A DNA stretch of 64,000 nt from Cladosporium halotolerans (lineage: Eukaryota): NCBI RefSeq assembly GCF_011745625.1, contig NW_027191456.1, forward strand, positions 744,001-808,000, read 5' to 3'. Under the pieces are notes generated by a model. It saw only the letters and a program-made list of their open reading frames with translations, was not told the origin of the DNA and did no database searches. Positions 35,501-47,542 of the stretch are shown piece by piece; the stretch's first letter is position 1; each line of letters starts with the position of its first letter. Made by a program: the position numbers and the translations under genes.

Positions 35501-38500
35501 TTGGTCGATTCAGAACGTGTCGTGCAAGGCCTTGGTCCGTCTGGAACGTGTTATGCGATTGACTTCGACATCCGCCATCTTCCGAAAAGCAGCTACTTCC
35601 ATCAAAGTACGTTTATTGGAAGTGGAGATCTCGCAGCGGCACTTGCTCTAGGCAAGAGACAATTTGATCGAAGCACTGGCAGTCTTCGTATCTCTATCAA
35701 TGGCAGTATGAGGGAATGGAGCGAGTGGTCTGAAGAGGTTGACGCCGCAATGGCTGACATCCCTACGGCAATATCTGCGATCATACAGCCCTCCGAAAAC
35801 ACATCATCGCCGCTACACAAGGATCATATCAACTCCGTGACGCTCAATGTAGACCACATGCTGCGTTCAACCATTCGGTACATATCAAGCTGCCTTTACT
35901 TCCTTGACGCGGTTGACAGGAAAAATTGCTGCCAGCGATTGATGCTGGTCGTTCAAGATCTACTGGAGATCCTGGATGACGTGCAAAGGTGGTCTACAGA
36001 CTTCCGCAATGTGCGACAGAGGACTTTGCAGTACGCCCTTGTGCTAGTTCGACAGAATGAGATCATTTCCGACAACGCACTCGTATTGGAGTCGATGCGC
36101 GGTGGCATTCGAGAACAAGTCGATAAAGTTGCTTCACGGCTTGCTGCCTTCTTTGTACCCGATCGGCTCAGTGATTTGCGTGATGCTTACGAGGAGCAAA
36201 GGATACTGTCAAAGAGAGAGGCTGGAATCAGAGATGATGACTCAACCATAGCTGGAATGGTGATTCTCCATCATTGCTTGCAAGCCCCTTCGAAGAGTCA
36301 GTCGGTGTTTTGGGCAGTCGTCAGGAAAGCACTTCGAGCGGATGCCTCGAATCTCAGTGACTCTAGGACGATCGACAACCTGTGGTACAGCATTTTCACA
36401 GTACTGCCCAGCCTTGAGATAGACTGGAGCGGGTTCGTACAAAGTAACCGTAACGAGGCTTCAGAGGTCGACTGGTCTTTGCCGAGGACCCTGGTCGACT
36501 GTTGTCTGGAGTTGTATCCTGCAAGCAGCAAGATCCATGGCTCTTCCATCAATGAGTATGTGCGGGCGAGTCTCATGCGCTGCTCCGGCCTCTTCGCTAC
36601 GTGGCACTGGTGGAAGTGCGAGTCTTTACTCAACCTAGTCTACGACTTCTTTGCACGTCGGAATCTGAGTTTGCTCGACAACGAAGAAGGGAAGGGCTCG
36701 CCTGACTTCCTCGATAACCTCAAAGATCTTGACAATATCTCGTTGGAGCTGGCGCCAGATGATCGCTCGTTCTCCATTTTCTTGAAGATGCTTGCTGGTG
36801 CACTGCGAACCTGGTCGGAACAAGCTGTGTATACGAATAAGAAGATTGGCGGCATAGCATGGCGCATGATCCCCAACCATGCTCGTATCTATCGCAAAGA
36901 TACAGAAGTCAGACAAGCAGATCTGGACGCTTTGCGGAATCACTTCGATTTGCTCTGCACTTTGTATTCCGCGTCGCCGCCAATGTACCGACTCCGCGTG
37001 GACATGCTGCGCAATTTAGTCGACCACTCAACCTCTCACCGCGAAGCATGCAGAATAAGTGTACGCGCGTGGTCTCGACTTGCAAGTTTCCAAGCGTCAA
37101 GAAGCGAGCCACTCGATGCCCTGGAACCTTTCGTTGAGTGGTTCAAGGATATGTTGCAAATCACCGCTGCGCAATATCGTCTTGCGCGTACCGAAGCAGA
37201 GCAGCAATACGCGGAAGCCAAGGCACAAGGAGACGTCGCGATCAACGATGAGCTGCTGGAGCGGACAATCGCTAGCAATCAACGGCAAATTGCGGCCACG
37301 CTGGTCGATCTCTTTGCTGCCTTTCGGCAAGCTGTTACATCAACAAGCACAATTGACGGATCGAGGTACCTTGTTGAATTCTGCGAACCATGGAAGGCAC
37401 TCGACTCATTTGATCTTTCCGAACGACGCTTGATCAGTGTTTACAAAGAAGCTCTCGATCTCGCCAAAGCCGCCATCGATACCCAGAGACGATATCGACC
37501 TCCTTCCCATGCTCAGGCTTCGAGTGAGGACAGCCAGGATTACGGCGACTTCAGCATATTGCAAGAGTTTGCCATAGGTCAAAATGCGAGCCAAAACAAT
37601 GAGGAAGCGGATACCGTTGCACTCATACACGACAGTGTGGCGCAATTGGTGTCCAATGCTTTTGGGTCAGAGACATCACCCGATGATGGCCTCCTCGCAA
37701 GGCTCATTGACGTCTGGATTGAGCTCGCCAAACATCTCACCTCCAAAGGCCTCCGTTCATGGAGCAACTTCGTCGATGATTACAGTCCAGGTGCCTGGTA
37801 TCAGCTTCGGGATATTGCGCAACATCGGAAGTTCACACCGTACATCCTCGCCAGAATCCTCGAAGCAGATCTGAACTCTTTCGACTCTCTCAAACAAACC
37901 TTCCTTTCTGCCTGGATGAAGTCGCTTGTGGAGCGGGAGTCGAACCTGAAATACCAGCACCTCATGACTGCGGCTCTGCTCAATGTACTCTCAGATGAGC
38001 CGCTGCTAGAGAACCTGCCATTTGTCAAGTCAGATTCGGCCACACACTACGAGGTTACTCTGCAAGAGCTCCGGCAGAGACGGCTCGGCCTCATTTCGAG
38101 CGTGCTTTCCAACATGTCTCAGCACTTTGATCAAGTGCATTTCCAAGAGCCTCGCTCGGTGCCGCAGTTCCGGCGGAGCTATAGTGACATCCTCCGACAA
38201 TTGATGCAAGCGATGAAATCCAATTACCAAGATCTTCAGCTATCACAGAGTGTCGAGTCAGCAGCCAGCGGCGTTCAAGGCGCCTACGTCGTCTTCGTGC
38301 AAGAAGTCGTGAGCTTCTTGCAACAATACACGCACGACATATGTCCCGTCGATCGGTTCTTCCTTGACTCTTCAGCATTCCCTCTGCCTGCTGCGGATCC
38401 GACATATGTGATCGGAAAGCTCAGGAGGTTCGTACCCAAACTTGCAGAGGAGAAAACGCGGAAGACACTGGTGACCTTCCTGCACACCGTGTCTGAGCGA

Positions 38501-39292
38501 GCTGCTCTCGACAACCAGCAAACGTACCTTGCCGATCAATTCTTCAAAGCAATGTCGGGGACAGACGAGTCGGGCGATCCAGAAGCGCCTTCTTTGAGGC
38601 ACATTGTCCTCACCTCTGTGTTTCCGGCTTACATCGAAACAGCACTGAAGAGTGCTTGCACATGGATCTTTGCCTTGCCGATGCTGGAGGCTAGTTCCAT
38701 GACAGTTGCCAACTTGCTTTACGACACGATCTTCGAGAATATCAACAGCATCGCGGCTGTTGTGGAGCAACTGGCTGCGATCTTGGGGGCGATCCAGAAG
38801 TCTCTTGCTTGGGTGCTCGTGCATTTGGACGTGCTGAACGCGCCACACGTTTTGAAGACGTTGAGTGTGATGGTCAGGCTTTGCGACGCCACTGTCGTCG
38901 TTTCGAATCACATACAGCGTTCGTCGGGGGTTGCAGCGCCGGTTCTAGAGCAATTGCGAGCCCTGCAAGCTCAGATGGCCAGACTGGAAGAGCAGTTGAC
39001 GGTCCCAGACGAGTTCGCCGACGTTTTCTTGGACGACCTCCAGCCCGACACCTTGACGACAAGTTGGCCGGAGACATTTGCTTTCACGGCGAGGCAGGTG
39101 CAGCAGTCCTCGACGAACGATTGGCACGCGGTTGGAGATCGTTTTTTCGTCCGACGTGGTAACAGCTCCAAGGAAGTCGTGTTGGACGTGGGTGCTTTTA
39201 GCGAGGAGAGGGATCAGCTGCTCGAGGCAGTGACTGCATTCCGCAGCAGCTGTGGCGCGCAGAGAAATCGACGCAGGAGGCGGAGGAATTGA
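32591..39292 (+). CDS. MMS22: Mus7/MMS22 family replication-fork repair protein, 2233 aa, single exon
   Basis: Starts MKRWQTRGEVQDSDEE. Motifs RRSLRAR..QLHPY, IKGVLPASWL, FHQSTFIGSG, SPDFL, LRNHFDLLCTLY, SHREAC and VDRFFLDSSAFPLP, recognised as typical of Pezizomycotina Mus7/Mms22. Confidence 0.85.
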   Translation: MKRWQTRGEVQDSDEEELSLDVDSQSSGHAQKRIKIDQQQKNDTQDEDHARSPGSAGQLPESVEPVSLPRLSLGEVEGHGSVQRNVSGPPQEKDDEPGWTTQSHESVYGRVTRSVQQGNHEAKGLVPVIPRTEQHAVGLEDVPTAYDDISSSAPMAREETVSLEQAPASKDAAAGEIPTVDQISAQEPASVASSPLSELSDPPDSPPTFLDLAADSANRLLPIMNNQSSHGDHSGDVFELPSLLLTQGARRSLRARQEKQLHPYMYDKAQYQRQCRERGLRPVRLMEQMANETQDASLNDESMQPSSSATRPSSSSSHIGSLVSSGLPPDDSFDINLGYAPPHNAEEELPDIDRLLKSRATAGRLRSRKRQKVSHGTKTRRDAAIQLIHQDDFSVPPSPPLSSHGSMPETQHAPQGFRLPRRFSPLPLPTPQISSDLRPSHGGDTAALSEDDTPPRTSRRLRRVRSAVTIGTDTSAESESQSEDDQRLLHREQRRIKGVLPASWLNIDRKSSPLPPAQTHDRVGNKPGPQATPQKGVARMIHRTTQNGTRPNVLEISDGGEGSESDNPTPTVPQQMPSHTVSNVAREASVDSDEMEVDWFDPMLAGQPRDRNASRNKGKRHPRITEALKHNLVPDFSEERNGLKQMHRSKRSGTKRRPNANPSSKQRRRVPQLGILDAPKSPSAVGGKEPQFVRLAARQARRGPNGGRHSPSHKIVRLATHDDTEEANATLESWRRGRIEQRRFADTSRDQQHSDHGEARGRSLPTTPFTDLANRSNDRSTALLSKDAVLNSAVAESPSTYATSKPQGALDPAQTPAKRQNPSKRRSLAIRSSHTLQRNLGSGKTQPGVQYRGAQLEAQESAYLQENRSVAFQRRIQILTETVARRPATPAPGELPIERFLHEPSTAPTVRDESGASDLQPSVPAVSKARVTRRPRKRIPQRIEVDTREYRQPSEPLPISYPEQNPEDTRLVDSERVVQGLGPSGTCYAIDFDIRHLPKSSYFHQSTFIGSGDLAAALALGKRQFDRSTGSLRISINGSMREWSEWSEEVDAAMADIPTAISAIIQPSENTSSPLHKDHINSVTLNVDHMLRSTIRYISSCLYFLDAVDRKNCCQRLMLVVQDLLEILDDVQRWSTDFRNVRQRTLQYALVLVRQNEIISDNALVLESMRGGIREQVDKVASRLAAFFVPDRLSDLRDAYEEQRILSKREAGIRDDDSTIAGMVILHHCLQAPSKSQSVFWAVVRKALRADASNLSDSRTIDNLWYSIFTVLPSLEIDWSGFVQSNRNEASEVDWSLPRTLVDCCLELYPASSKIHGSSINEYVRASLMRCSGLFATWHWWKCESLLNLVYDFFARRNLSLLDNEEGKGSPDFLDNLKDLDNISLELAPDDRSFSIFLKMLAGALRTWSEQAVYTNKKIGGIAWRMIPNHARIYRKDTEVRQADLDALRNHFDLLCTLYSASPPMYRLRVDMLRNLVDHSTSHREACRISVRAWSRLASFQASRSEPLDALEPFVEWFKDMLQITAAQYRLARTEAEQQYAEAKAQGDVAINDELLERTIASNQRQIAATLVDLFAAFRQAVTSTSTIDGSRYLVEFCEPWKALDSFDLSERRLISVYKEALDLAKAAIDTQRRYRPPSHAQASSEDSQDYGDFSILQEFAIGQNASQNNEEADTVALIHDSVAQLVSNAFGSETSPDDGLLARLIDVWIELAKHLTSKGLRSWSNFVDDYSPGAWYQLRDIAQHRKFTPYILARILEADLNSFDSLKQTFLSAWMKSLVERESNLKYQHLMTAALLNVLSDEPLLENLPFVKSDSATHYEVTLQELRQRRLGLISSVLSNMSQHFDQVHFQEPRSVPQFRRSYSDILRQLMQAMKSNYQDLQLSQSVESAASGVQGAYVVFVQEVVSFLQQYTHDICPVDRFFLDSSAFPLPAADPTYVIGKLRRFVPKLAEEKTRKTLVTFLHTVSERAALDNQQTYLADQFFKAMSGTDESGDPEAPSLRHIVLTSVFPAYIETALKSACTWIFALPMLEASSMTVANLLYDTIFENINSIAAVVEQLAAILGAIQKSLAWVLVHLDVLNAPHVLKTLSVMVRLCDATVVVSNHIQRSSGVAAPVLEQLRALQAQMARLEEQLTVPDEFADVFLDDLQPDTLTTSWPETFAFTARQVQQSSTNDWHAVGDRFFVRRGNSSKEVVLDVGAFSEERDQLLEAVTAFRSSCGAQRNRRRRRRN

Positions 39293-40142
39293 AGCGATAG
39301 TGATTCAGGCGGAATCGGAGGATCCTTGATCGCACGGAGGATAAAAATGGGAGTATTCGGTCCACTTTGTTCATTTTCAGCGCTTCTAGCGATGCATAAA
39401 TTATGGAGTTTTTACTTGCCAGCCACTACTTTCGGTGGTATCGGGATCTGCAAGGTAAGCTGCACTTGTATATCGCACTGCAGCGTACCAGTCATGCGAC
39501 TTCTACGGCGATCGTCGGCGACTAGCGCATCGAAAGAATAGCTGCCACACAGGATCAGAATACTTGTGTCCCATGTTCAAGGTCATATTATGACCATTTT
39601 CCAGAAGCTCAGTGAATTCCTCAGATATGCACCCTCAAGCAGCTTCCCGCTCTTGTGCATCATCGATACGTCTTGTCTGCGACCAGGGTGGCTGTCTACC
39701 CCGCTGTTGTGAGGATGGTGTGCCAGAAGCTCGCAGGAGCATGTGAAAACCTCCTTGCAATTGCTTTGAAAGTATGGAGTGATCCCACTTCCACTTCCCT
39801 TCTGTAAATGAGCGTTGAAGTGGAATGCATTGTTCGTCGTGTCGATCATCCGTTTGACAGGGGTAAAAGCATAGAAAGCGACGTCAACGTTGCGTGCCTT
39901 GGCTGTGCGACGAACAGGCTGGCTGTGGTACATGTACGACAGTATACCCTACATCTCACCGACACATATCATTTAGTCGGTTAGTCGTCACAAGGAAAGG
40001 GCCGAGCGAAGCAGGACTGTACGTTGGCTGAAAGTGCATTAGAATTCCATCAACACCCAGAACCGTCGAAACGCGAACAACGATCGATACAAACAACCAT
40101 TCGCCACTGCGACTCTTCGAGTTCGAACACATTCCGACCAAG

Positions 40143-41206
40143 ATGCCGCTCAAACCACGAACTCTAATCACAGTTCTAAGTGCTCTAGTACGTCAACCCC
40201 TCTCGCGACGCCAACTCCTCAAACAAACAGACTAAGCCAAACCAGTACCTCCTAACCCTCACCACCCTCGCCGCCTACGCCCTGCACAAATCCAACACCC
40301 TCTCCCTTCCCATTCCCCACATCCTCGCCGCCCTCGCCATCGCTCTCCCACCCCTCGCGGGCGTCGCGCTCGAAACCTCCACCTCTCTCCTCACCTCCGC
40401 CACAAACCGCAGCTCCCTCGCGAAACCCAACCCCCGCCTCTCCCCAGCCCGCGCAACCCTCGTCCTGCATTCGACCTTCGCCTTGCTCCTCGTCTATGAA
40501 ACGGCCCTTGCGACCCTTGCCGGCACGCACCTGCGTCCTTCCGTCTGCGCGCTGCGCGAAAAGTGGCAGGGCATGTTTCATGCGAAGGACGCGGCGGGGA
40601 TCAGGGCTGTGCAGGAGGCGCTGGGGTGCTGTGGGTTCCAGTCTGGGCGGGATATGGCGTGGCCGTTTCCCGGTCAGGGAAGGGATGCGGACGCGTGCGA
40701 GGTGAGGTTTGGGGGCGCGCCGCCGAGGTGTTTGGAGGGGTGGGAGGGGCAGGAGAGGGTGGTGGGCGGATTGTTGGTTGGGGTTGCGGTTGGGGTGTTC
40801 GTTTTGCAGGTGAGTACTTTTTTCGCGTTCGATTTTTCTTTTATTGAGTGCCTTGATGGTGAGAGTTCAGGATGAGGGAGCTGCTTTGGAATTTGATTGG
40901 CTTTGCGTTTGCTCGGGGTATCTAGACGCTAATGCTACATTGCAGTTACTTGTGGTCGCCATTCCCGCTCCAAGTGGCAGCCGCAGCTGGCTGCCGGCAG
41001 GAGTCCAATTGCCTGCTGATGGCGAGCGCCGTAGGCTCGAATACCGCGATGCGGAAGATGTCGGCGAAGACGACAGCTTGGCAGACGAAGTGCGCCGGCT
41101 GAATAGCGATTCGCAACTCGCCACAACGGTCGAGGGCACAAGGGAACGCAACGGTGTGTTGCTGCCGCGCGAGAACCAGTGGTCGCTGACATCGGAGGCT
41201 GCGTGA
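40143..41206 (+). CDS. Fungal tetraspanin (Tsp3-like), three exons
   Basis: Introns 40188-40245 and 40810-40944. Four hydrophobic segments and a large loop with C..W..MF..KD...IR.VQEALGCCG..DMAWPFP..AC..C. Confidence 0.8.
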
Positions 41207-41342
41207 AGCGCACATAGCGGCTGATCTGTGCGAGCTTTTCCTTGAATGGCGTTTAGGCGTCTGGATTGCTTCCGATTTGGAGGATCAGGCAGGCCCCGGC
41301 ACGCCAATTATCTCTAGCACGTTCCGCTGTACGATAGGTTGT

Positions 41343-43031
41343 TCATCCAGCTTTCTTGCCGAACCTTGCGAGCGCGGGGCCCAGTGCCGCAACCTTCTTG
41401 CCCTCCTTTGCCTCCTTGGCTCTCTTTCTCTGTTCTTCTCTGAGCTCCTGCACACGCGCTCTGTGCTCATCCACCACGTTCTTGTTGCCCTTCTTGCGCA
41501 TGTATTTTCTGATGGAGCTGTTCTTGCCCCTTCCACGGTTCTTCAGATCTTCGACCCTCTCCCTTTCAGCTTCGACGCCAGACTTTCTGTCAAGATCCTT
41601 TTCAGCTTGGCGCTGCTGGTTTGAAGCAGAGTCGAGGGAGCCGACAAAGTCAGGGTTGAGCGAGATCATCTCAGGCTGGAGCTTGTTCAGCAATTGCCTG
41701 ACCTCGCCCTCTTGTCTCTGTTTGGCGTTCTCGTAGGGGTTAACTTCCAGGGCATCAAAGTTGGGTTCGCCAGCACCAGGAACAATAATCGAGCTGAAGC
41801 CTTGGTTGTGGCCGATGCCCAGAATATCCTCATACGGACACCATCTCACTCGCTCGATGTTCTGTCCCTCGCCACCCCATGCCATGTAGGGTGATTGTAC
41901 CTTGACTTGGTCCGCCCTGTGCTTCGTGAAAAGGTCCTGCCAGATCGTGGTCTGCGTTCCCCATCCGACAGCAGTGAGATTGCGATCGCTGATTGCGACA
42001 CTCGCACCCGGGCGGCGCAAGAAGTATTCGTTGACAGGCTTGAAGTTTCGCACGTCCCAGACTGCCATCTTCGAATCCTGGCCAGTCGAGACCATGTACC
42101 GTCCTTCCCTGTCCATAGCCAATGAGCGTACGGGTCCGCGGTGGCAGAGCATCTTAGCGAGAGGTGTAGTGCTGTTGGGAGACCAAAGTGAGACAGTGCC
42201 GTTCTGGTGGCCCACGTGAAGGATGGCGTTCCAAGGGTTCTGTCCAAAAGCTGTGGGGGTACCCTGCTTGGTGCCCACCTGCATTACCAGCTTGCCAGTG
42301 CTGGTGTCCTGCCACTTCAGCCAGCCAGCGTTGCCAATGGTTGCAAGAAGGAAGTGATAAGGGAGGAATTCCATGTTGGTGACTTCGACGTGCTGATCCA
42401 AGTTGTGGAGTTCCACACCACGATGATCGTAGATGTAAACGTTCTTCTTCTGCGCGACAGCAAAGTACTGGTTGTTGTGGAGCCACTTGGCGTCTCTCAC
42501 GGTCTCACCCAGTTGCAGCTCGCAACCAAGCTTTCCGCTTCTCCAGTCCATAGTGGCGACATGGCCCTTCCTACCAGCGAGGAGCAGGTCCTTTCCGTTC
42601 CGTGTATAGTCGAAGACGTACGGTCCAAGCTCATTCAGGTTCAATTCAAAGCCCTTCTTCGCGGTCTCCACTCCCACATCGCTTACAATGTCGCTCTGGC
42701 GAACTTTGTACGTCTTTTCCAGCTCGTGCTCGGGCTGCAAGAAGCCAGACGAATTTTCCAACAAGATCTCCGCGTCTTTGGCCTTGAGCGCAGCATCTTT
42801 GTACCGATCCTCCAATGCGCGAAGGTTTGCGCGCAGCTTCTTGTCCTTGACACTCTTTGTCTGGATTGCCTTGCCGCGGCCATACTGATCGTTGGCCTCG
42901 GCCTGTCTCTTCTTCAAAGCAGCTTCCTCCGGGTTCAAGGCGGCGGTGGGAGGCTTGCGAATGCCTCTCTTGTGAATCTTCACGCCACCGTTGGCGTTGA
43001 CCAAGTCGCTCGTCTCCATCTCGGCGGCCAT
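41343..43031 (-). CDS. UTP7: U3 snoRNA-associated WD40 protein of the SSU processome
   Basis: LGPY..DYTRNG, FLPYHFLLAT, GHQNGTVSLWSP and the BING4CT motif SIIVPGAGEPNFDALEVNPYE..QRQEGEVRQLLNKLQPEMI. Confidence 0.95.
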   Translation of the reverse strand: MAAEMETSDLVNANGGVKIHKRGIRKPPTAALNPEEAALKKRQAEANDQYGRGKAIQTKSVKDKKLRANLRALEDRYKDAALKAKDAEILLENSSGFLQPEHELEKTYKVRQSDIVSDVGVETAKKGFELNLNELGPYVFDYTRNGKDLLLAGRKGHVATMDWRSGKLGCELQLGETVRDAKWLHNNQYFAVAQKKNVYIYDHRGVELHNLDQHVEVTNMEFLPYHFLLATIGNAGWLKWQDTSTGKLVMQVGTKQGTPTAFGQNPWNAILHVGHQNGTVSLWSPNSTTPLAKMLCHRGPVRSLAMDREGRYMVSTGQDSKMAVWDVRNFKPVNEYFLRRPGASVAISDRNLTAVGWGTQTTIWQDLFTKHRADQVKVQSPYMAWGGEGQNIERVRWCPYEDILGIGHNQGFSSIIVPGAGEPNFDALEVNPYENAKQRQEGEVRQLLNKLQPEMISLNPDFVGSLDSASNQQRQAEKDLDRKSGVEAERERVEDLKNRGRGKNSSIRKYMRKKGNKNVVDEHRARVQELREEQRKRAKEAKEGKKVAALGPALARFGKKAG

Positions 43032-43393
43032 CTTTTCCACAAGTCGGTCCAGTCCAAGCGGGTAGAGCAGCGGCGACTTTCCAAAAAGTTCAGCGACAGG
43101 TCCAAGCCGCGGTCGCTAGACTTTCCCAATGGAGGCGGATGGAGATTTAAGCTCTCGGATCGCGCCTCCACTCGCCGGGCGCCGCAGCCGTGAGGTTTTA
43201 GCCTGATTGGCATAGCTGCGGTGACTGCGAGCTCGGACATCAGAGTGGACGTTTTCCCATGGGGCGGCGACCGAAATGACAACACTCGTCACCGTCCATT
43301 GACTCTTCTGCTCCACAGCTCAGTCACTTGAAACCTCTTTCATCTTCCTCACCTCCCTCCGCACACATACCGGTCCGACACGCCTCATTCACA

Positions 43394-44739
43394 ATGCTGT
43401 CTAAGACTGCTTTCCAGCGCGCCGCCGCGGCCAACTCCCGCAACCTCGTCACCAAGCAGACCCTCCGCGCCGCCTCTGCCTGGTCGCAGGTGCCCCAAGG
43501 TCCTCCCGATGCCATTCTCGGTATCACCGAGGCCTTCAAGAAGGACTCCAACCCCAAGAAGATCAACCTCGGTGTCGGTGCCTACCGTGATGACAAGGGC
43601 AAGCCCTACGTGCTGCCCTCCGTCAGAGAGGCCGAGCAGCAGGTCGTCAAGAAGAACCTCGACAAGGAGTACGCTGGCATCACCGGTGTCCCCGACTTCA
43701 CCAAGGCCGCCGCGCTCCTCGCCTACGGTCCCAACAGCGCTGCCGTCAACGAGGGCCGCGTTGTCATCACTCAGAGCATCTCCGGCACCGGCGCCCTCAG
43801 GATAGGTGGTGCCTTCCTTGAGCGTCACTATCCCGGCGCAAAGGCCATCTACATCCCGACCCCTTCGTGGGCCAACCACAAGGCTGTCTTCACCGACTGC
43901 GGCCTCGAGGTCAAGCAGTACCGCTACTACAACAAGGACACCATCGGTCTCGACTTCGATGGCATGGTTGAGGACATCAAGAAGATGCCCAAGGGCAGCA
44001 TCGTTCTGCTGCACGCTTGCGCGCACAACCCGACCGGTGTTGACCCCACCGAGGCGCAGTGGAAGGAGATCAGCGACGCCGTCAAGGAGGGCGGTCACTA
44101 CCCCTTCTTCGACATGGCCTACCAGGGCTTCGCTTCCGGCGACACCAACAAGGACGCCTTTGCGCTCCGCTACTTCATTGAGCAGGGCCACCAGCCCTGC
44201 CTTGCCCAGTCTTTCGCCAAGAACATGGTACGTTAAATCCAAAACAGCCCGCAGCAGCACCACCGCAAGGAAAGCTAACAACCCTCCAGGGTCTCTACGG
44301 CGAGCGTGTCGGCGCCTTCTCCATCGTCACCGAGTCCCCCGAAGAGAAGGCCCGCGTCGACTCGCAGGTCAAGATCCTCGTGCGCCCCCTCTACTCCAAC
44401 CCGCCCGTGCACGGCGCGCGCGTCGCCAGCACGATCCTCAACGACGCCTCGCTGAACAAGCAGTGGCTGGGCGAGGTCAAGGGCATGGCGGACCGCATCA
44501 TCGAGATGCGTGCGCTGCTCAAGAGCAACCTCGAGAAGCTCGGCAGCAAGCACGACTGGAGCCACATCACCAGCCAGATCGGCATGTTCGCCTACACCGG
44601 CCTGACCGCCGAGCAGATGACCAAGCTGGCCGAGGAGCACTCCGTCTACGCCACCAAGGACGGCCGCATCAGTGTCGCTGGCATCACTAGCGAGAACGTT
44701 GGCCGTCTCGCTGAGGCCATCTACAAGGTTAAGGGTTGA
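43394..44739 (+). CDS. AAT1: Mitochondrial aspartate aminotransferase
   Basis: Presequence, [17 protein letters not shown] and [11 protein letters not shown]. The PLP-lysine motif QSFAKNMGLYGER spans intron 44228-44289. Confidence 0.96.
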
Positions 44740-45414
44740 ATTGATTGAGGACGGGACGTACATCTGCGTTCGTAGCAAGGGCGGAAACAGCTAGGGAGCT
44801 GTTTTGTTTCTTTGCCTTCCAGGATAAAAGTGTACTATATGGCTCATTCCGCGCTTGGGCGAGCAGTATGGCATTAGTCTGTAGCATCATCTTAACGACT
44901 TCTCTTTTCCTCCCGCTCTAGGGAGGAAATCATCACCATTCATCTCTTCCGTCTCTTCCTTCTATCACTTAACATTCGTGAATAAGGCAACCCTATCCAG
45001 GGGACATAATTTAACAAGACGAAGCAAACATACGGCTCGACCCCCTCCGTGTCAACCACCCAATTCTTAACTGCCGCGCGAACATCACTCAAAAAGCCAA
45101 GAGCGAAAAGGTCAAGAGTGGTCGTGGTATATTCGGGAGCAAAAAGAACGCGCGCTTATGACTTTCCTTTCTTCCCTCGTCTTCGCCCACGAGGAGCGGG
45201 AGCGGCAAAAAAACACTGCACAGGAAGGACTAACAACCTGCGCCGCCACTCGACCGCCAGAACAACAACACCATCGTCATCGACACTATCGAGCCGATAC
45301 CCCATGCTCTCTCTCCTCCCTCACATTTCTCCTCCGACCACGACATCAAATCCCCAATCAATCCTCCAGCCCTCAACAATCCCCCCCTAACAAAAAACAA
45401 TAATTCCAACCCAT

Positions 45415-46348
45415 CTAAGCCGGCTCGTAAAACTGCCTCAGCCTCTTCTCGACGTCCGCGAACTCGTCCTTGGCCTGCTTGATGATCTTCTTCAGGCTCT
45501 CGAGGCACTTGTCCTCGTCGGGCTCGTCTTTGGAGCCGTCGGCGGACTCTTTGGCGCCCAGGTGCTGGATCTTCTCGCAGCTGTCTTTGACCTTCGTCAT
45601 GCCCAGCGTCGCGCTCGAGCCCTTGAGGAAGTGGCCGAGGGAGGAGAGTTGGGCGAGGTCGCGCTTTTCGCTGGTGGGAGTAAGTAAGGGAGGAGGCGTG
45701 ATGGGGGTTTTTTGCCTTTCTTCTTTTGCTGGATGTACTTACAGATTCTGGTCCATCTTTTCGAAGGTCTGCTGGGCTTGGGAGAAGAAGTCGTAGACGA
45801 TGGACTTGGAGAATTCGCGCTCTTCTTCGTCGTCGTCCATTTCTAGGATCTGGTGTTACACGTGAGTTGGTTTCTGTTCAGGCATGGCAGGCATGTTCCA
45901 TAGGCTAGATTTCCCACTTACCTGCTCGAAAGTGTCCGGGTCGATGTCGCCGTGGAAATCGGGCAGGCCGGAAGGGCCGGCGGAGCCATCCTCAGACTGC
46001 GGTGGTCGGATCGTGTTAGCTCATACTTTTCGCGAATTCGGGGCTTGGAGTCAAGAAAAGCTTCGTTCAAAGGTTCTACAGTCGTAGTTTCCCAAGATAT
46101 TCGAGACGAGAGGGCGCCAGGCGCAAAAAGCCAGCGAGTCGCGAATTTTCTCATCTTGATCTTTGATCAGAGACGTGTTCCCCTCAACAGCTTCTCCGCG
46201 GCTCGCATTGGCTTTCTCGAGCCTGCGCCCTGACTCGCCCAGATCTCCAGCTCTTTCCTCTTTTTCTGTGAAATGCACCTACGTTGTGGGGAGAAGGGGA
46301 ACGAGCAGACTGTACCTTAGCATCGGCCTGCTGCGTCGGAGGAGCCAT
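45415..46348 (-). CDS. YPD1: Histidine phosphotransfer (HPt) protein of the two-component/HOG pathway, four exons
   Basis: TFEQILEMDDD..EFSKSIVYDFFSQA and LSSLGHFLKGSSATLG (phospho-His). The first exon MAPPTQQADAK is inferred across a 319-nt intron at 45997-46315. Confidence 0.92.
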
Positions 46349-47524
46349 GGTTGGACGCTGGGTTGTGTCTGCTACGAATTCTTTCTGCTTTCTCTCTTTC
46401 TTTTTAGCGGCGCGCGCACGGCGAGCTCTGTCTCGGGCTGTCTTTTTGCGACTGTTCGGCGGCGGGGGATTGCACTGGCGGTCGGTCCAGGTACCGAGAA
46501 GAGGTTGAAGCCCGATGATGTCAGACGGGGTTGTCGCGTGCGGAGTGAGGAGGAAAAGCGTTCGCCTGAGCTGAAGCTGGGCTGAGCTGAGCTGGCGGAT
46601 TGCGATGGTTCGTGTCGAGCCGACGGGAGAGCGTGGTGACGGTGGTGGGTTGTTGGAGGTGGCGGGTGGCGGCGTGTAGAGACAGGTGGGAGGGTAGGGC
46701 GTTATTCAGAGGTAATCGCTTGGCGGGTCCGGGTGGGGATGAGTCGACTCGCGGTGATGTGTTTGGGTGGCAGCGGTGGTGATGCTCGGCGGGGTGGTCG
46801 GATGGCGGGCGCAGAATTCGCAGGCGATGGATGGGTGGTGGAGGGGCGGGCGCTGGCGGGGTGTGCTTTGGACTCGGGATCGCGAGCAGGGCGTCTTCCG
46901 CGCACGAGGCACTGGGGGTGAGGCTGCCGTGGCTGCCACGGCGGATTTTACGTAGCAGCTCGGGCAGGGACTCGTGCGACTGTCGGTGGTGGTGGGGATT
47001 ATTGGCGGCAACGACACAGGGCGGCGCGCGACGGTGGAGCCCGAATGCTGCTGAGCTGTGCGGTATAAGGTAGCTCTCGCCTGCCGCCACGCCTGCCCGC
47101 GCACATGGCCGCCATTGCTCTCGAACCATAATGAAATAAGGACTCTGCCTGCATATTTATTGCAATCAATCTGTCGATCTGTCCTCCCTCTCCTGCCCAC
47201 ATGCGTTTGCCGTCGTTCGTCCGTCAAGCCATCGCTCTCCCCACCCTCGCCTGCGACGCCCAATATGCGCCGTCAGCCTCCCACGCGCGCACACTCAGCC
47301 AGCAGCGTCATATCGCATGGCTGAATCTCGCGACGTCATCCCCACCCAGAAGCGAAGCGGTGCCGGGACTGATCGCCGCCTCGTGTCGCCCTTGGCCGTG
47401 TCTAGACCTCAGCATCCCCTCACTTGCCCACGCGAAAGAGGGAAGAGAACCTCTCGCGACGGCAACGGCATCGCCCACACACAGCCGTTCCCTGAGCCTG
47501 CCCTATGCACACACCACCCCAACA

Positions 47525-47542
47525 TCTCTCTCTCTCTCTCTC
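47525..47542. repeat. (TC)n microsatellite
   Basis: About nine TC units in intergenic DNA. Confidence 0.7.

Noticed and set aside
39300..40100. Lower-GC spacer with short ORFs between MMS22 and the tetraspanin
   Set aside because: No recognisable protein, transposon or RNA motif.
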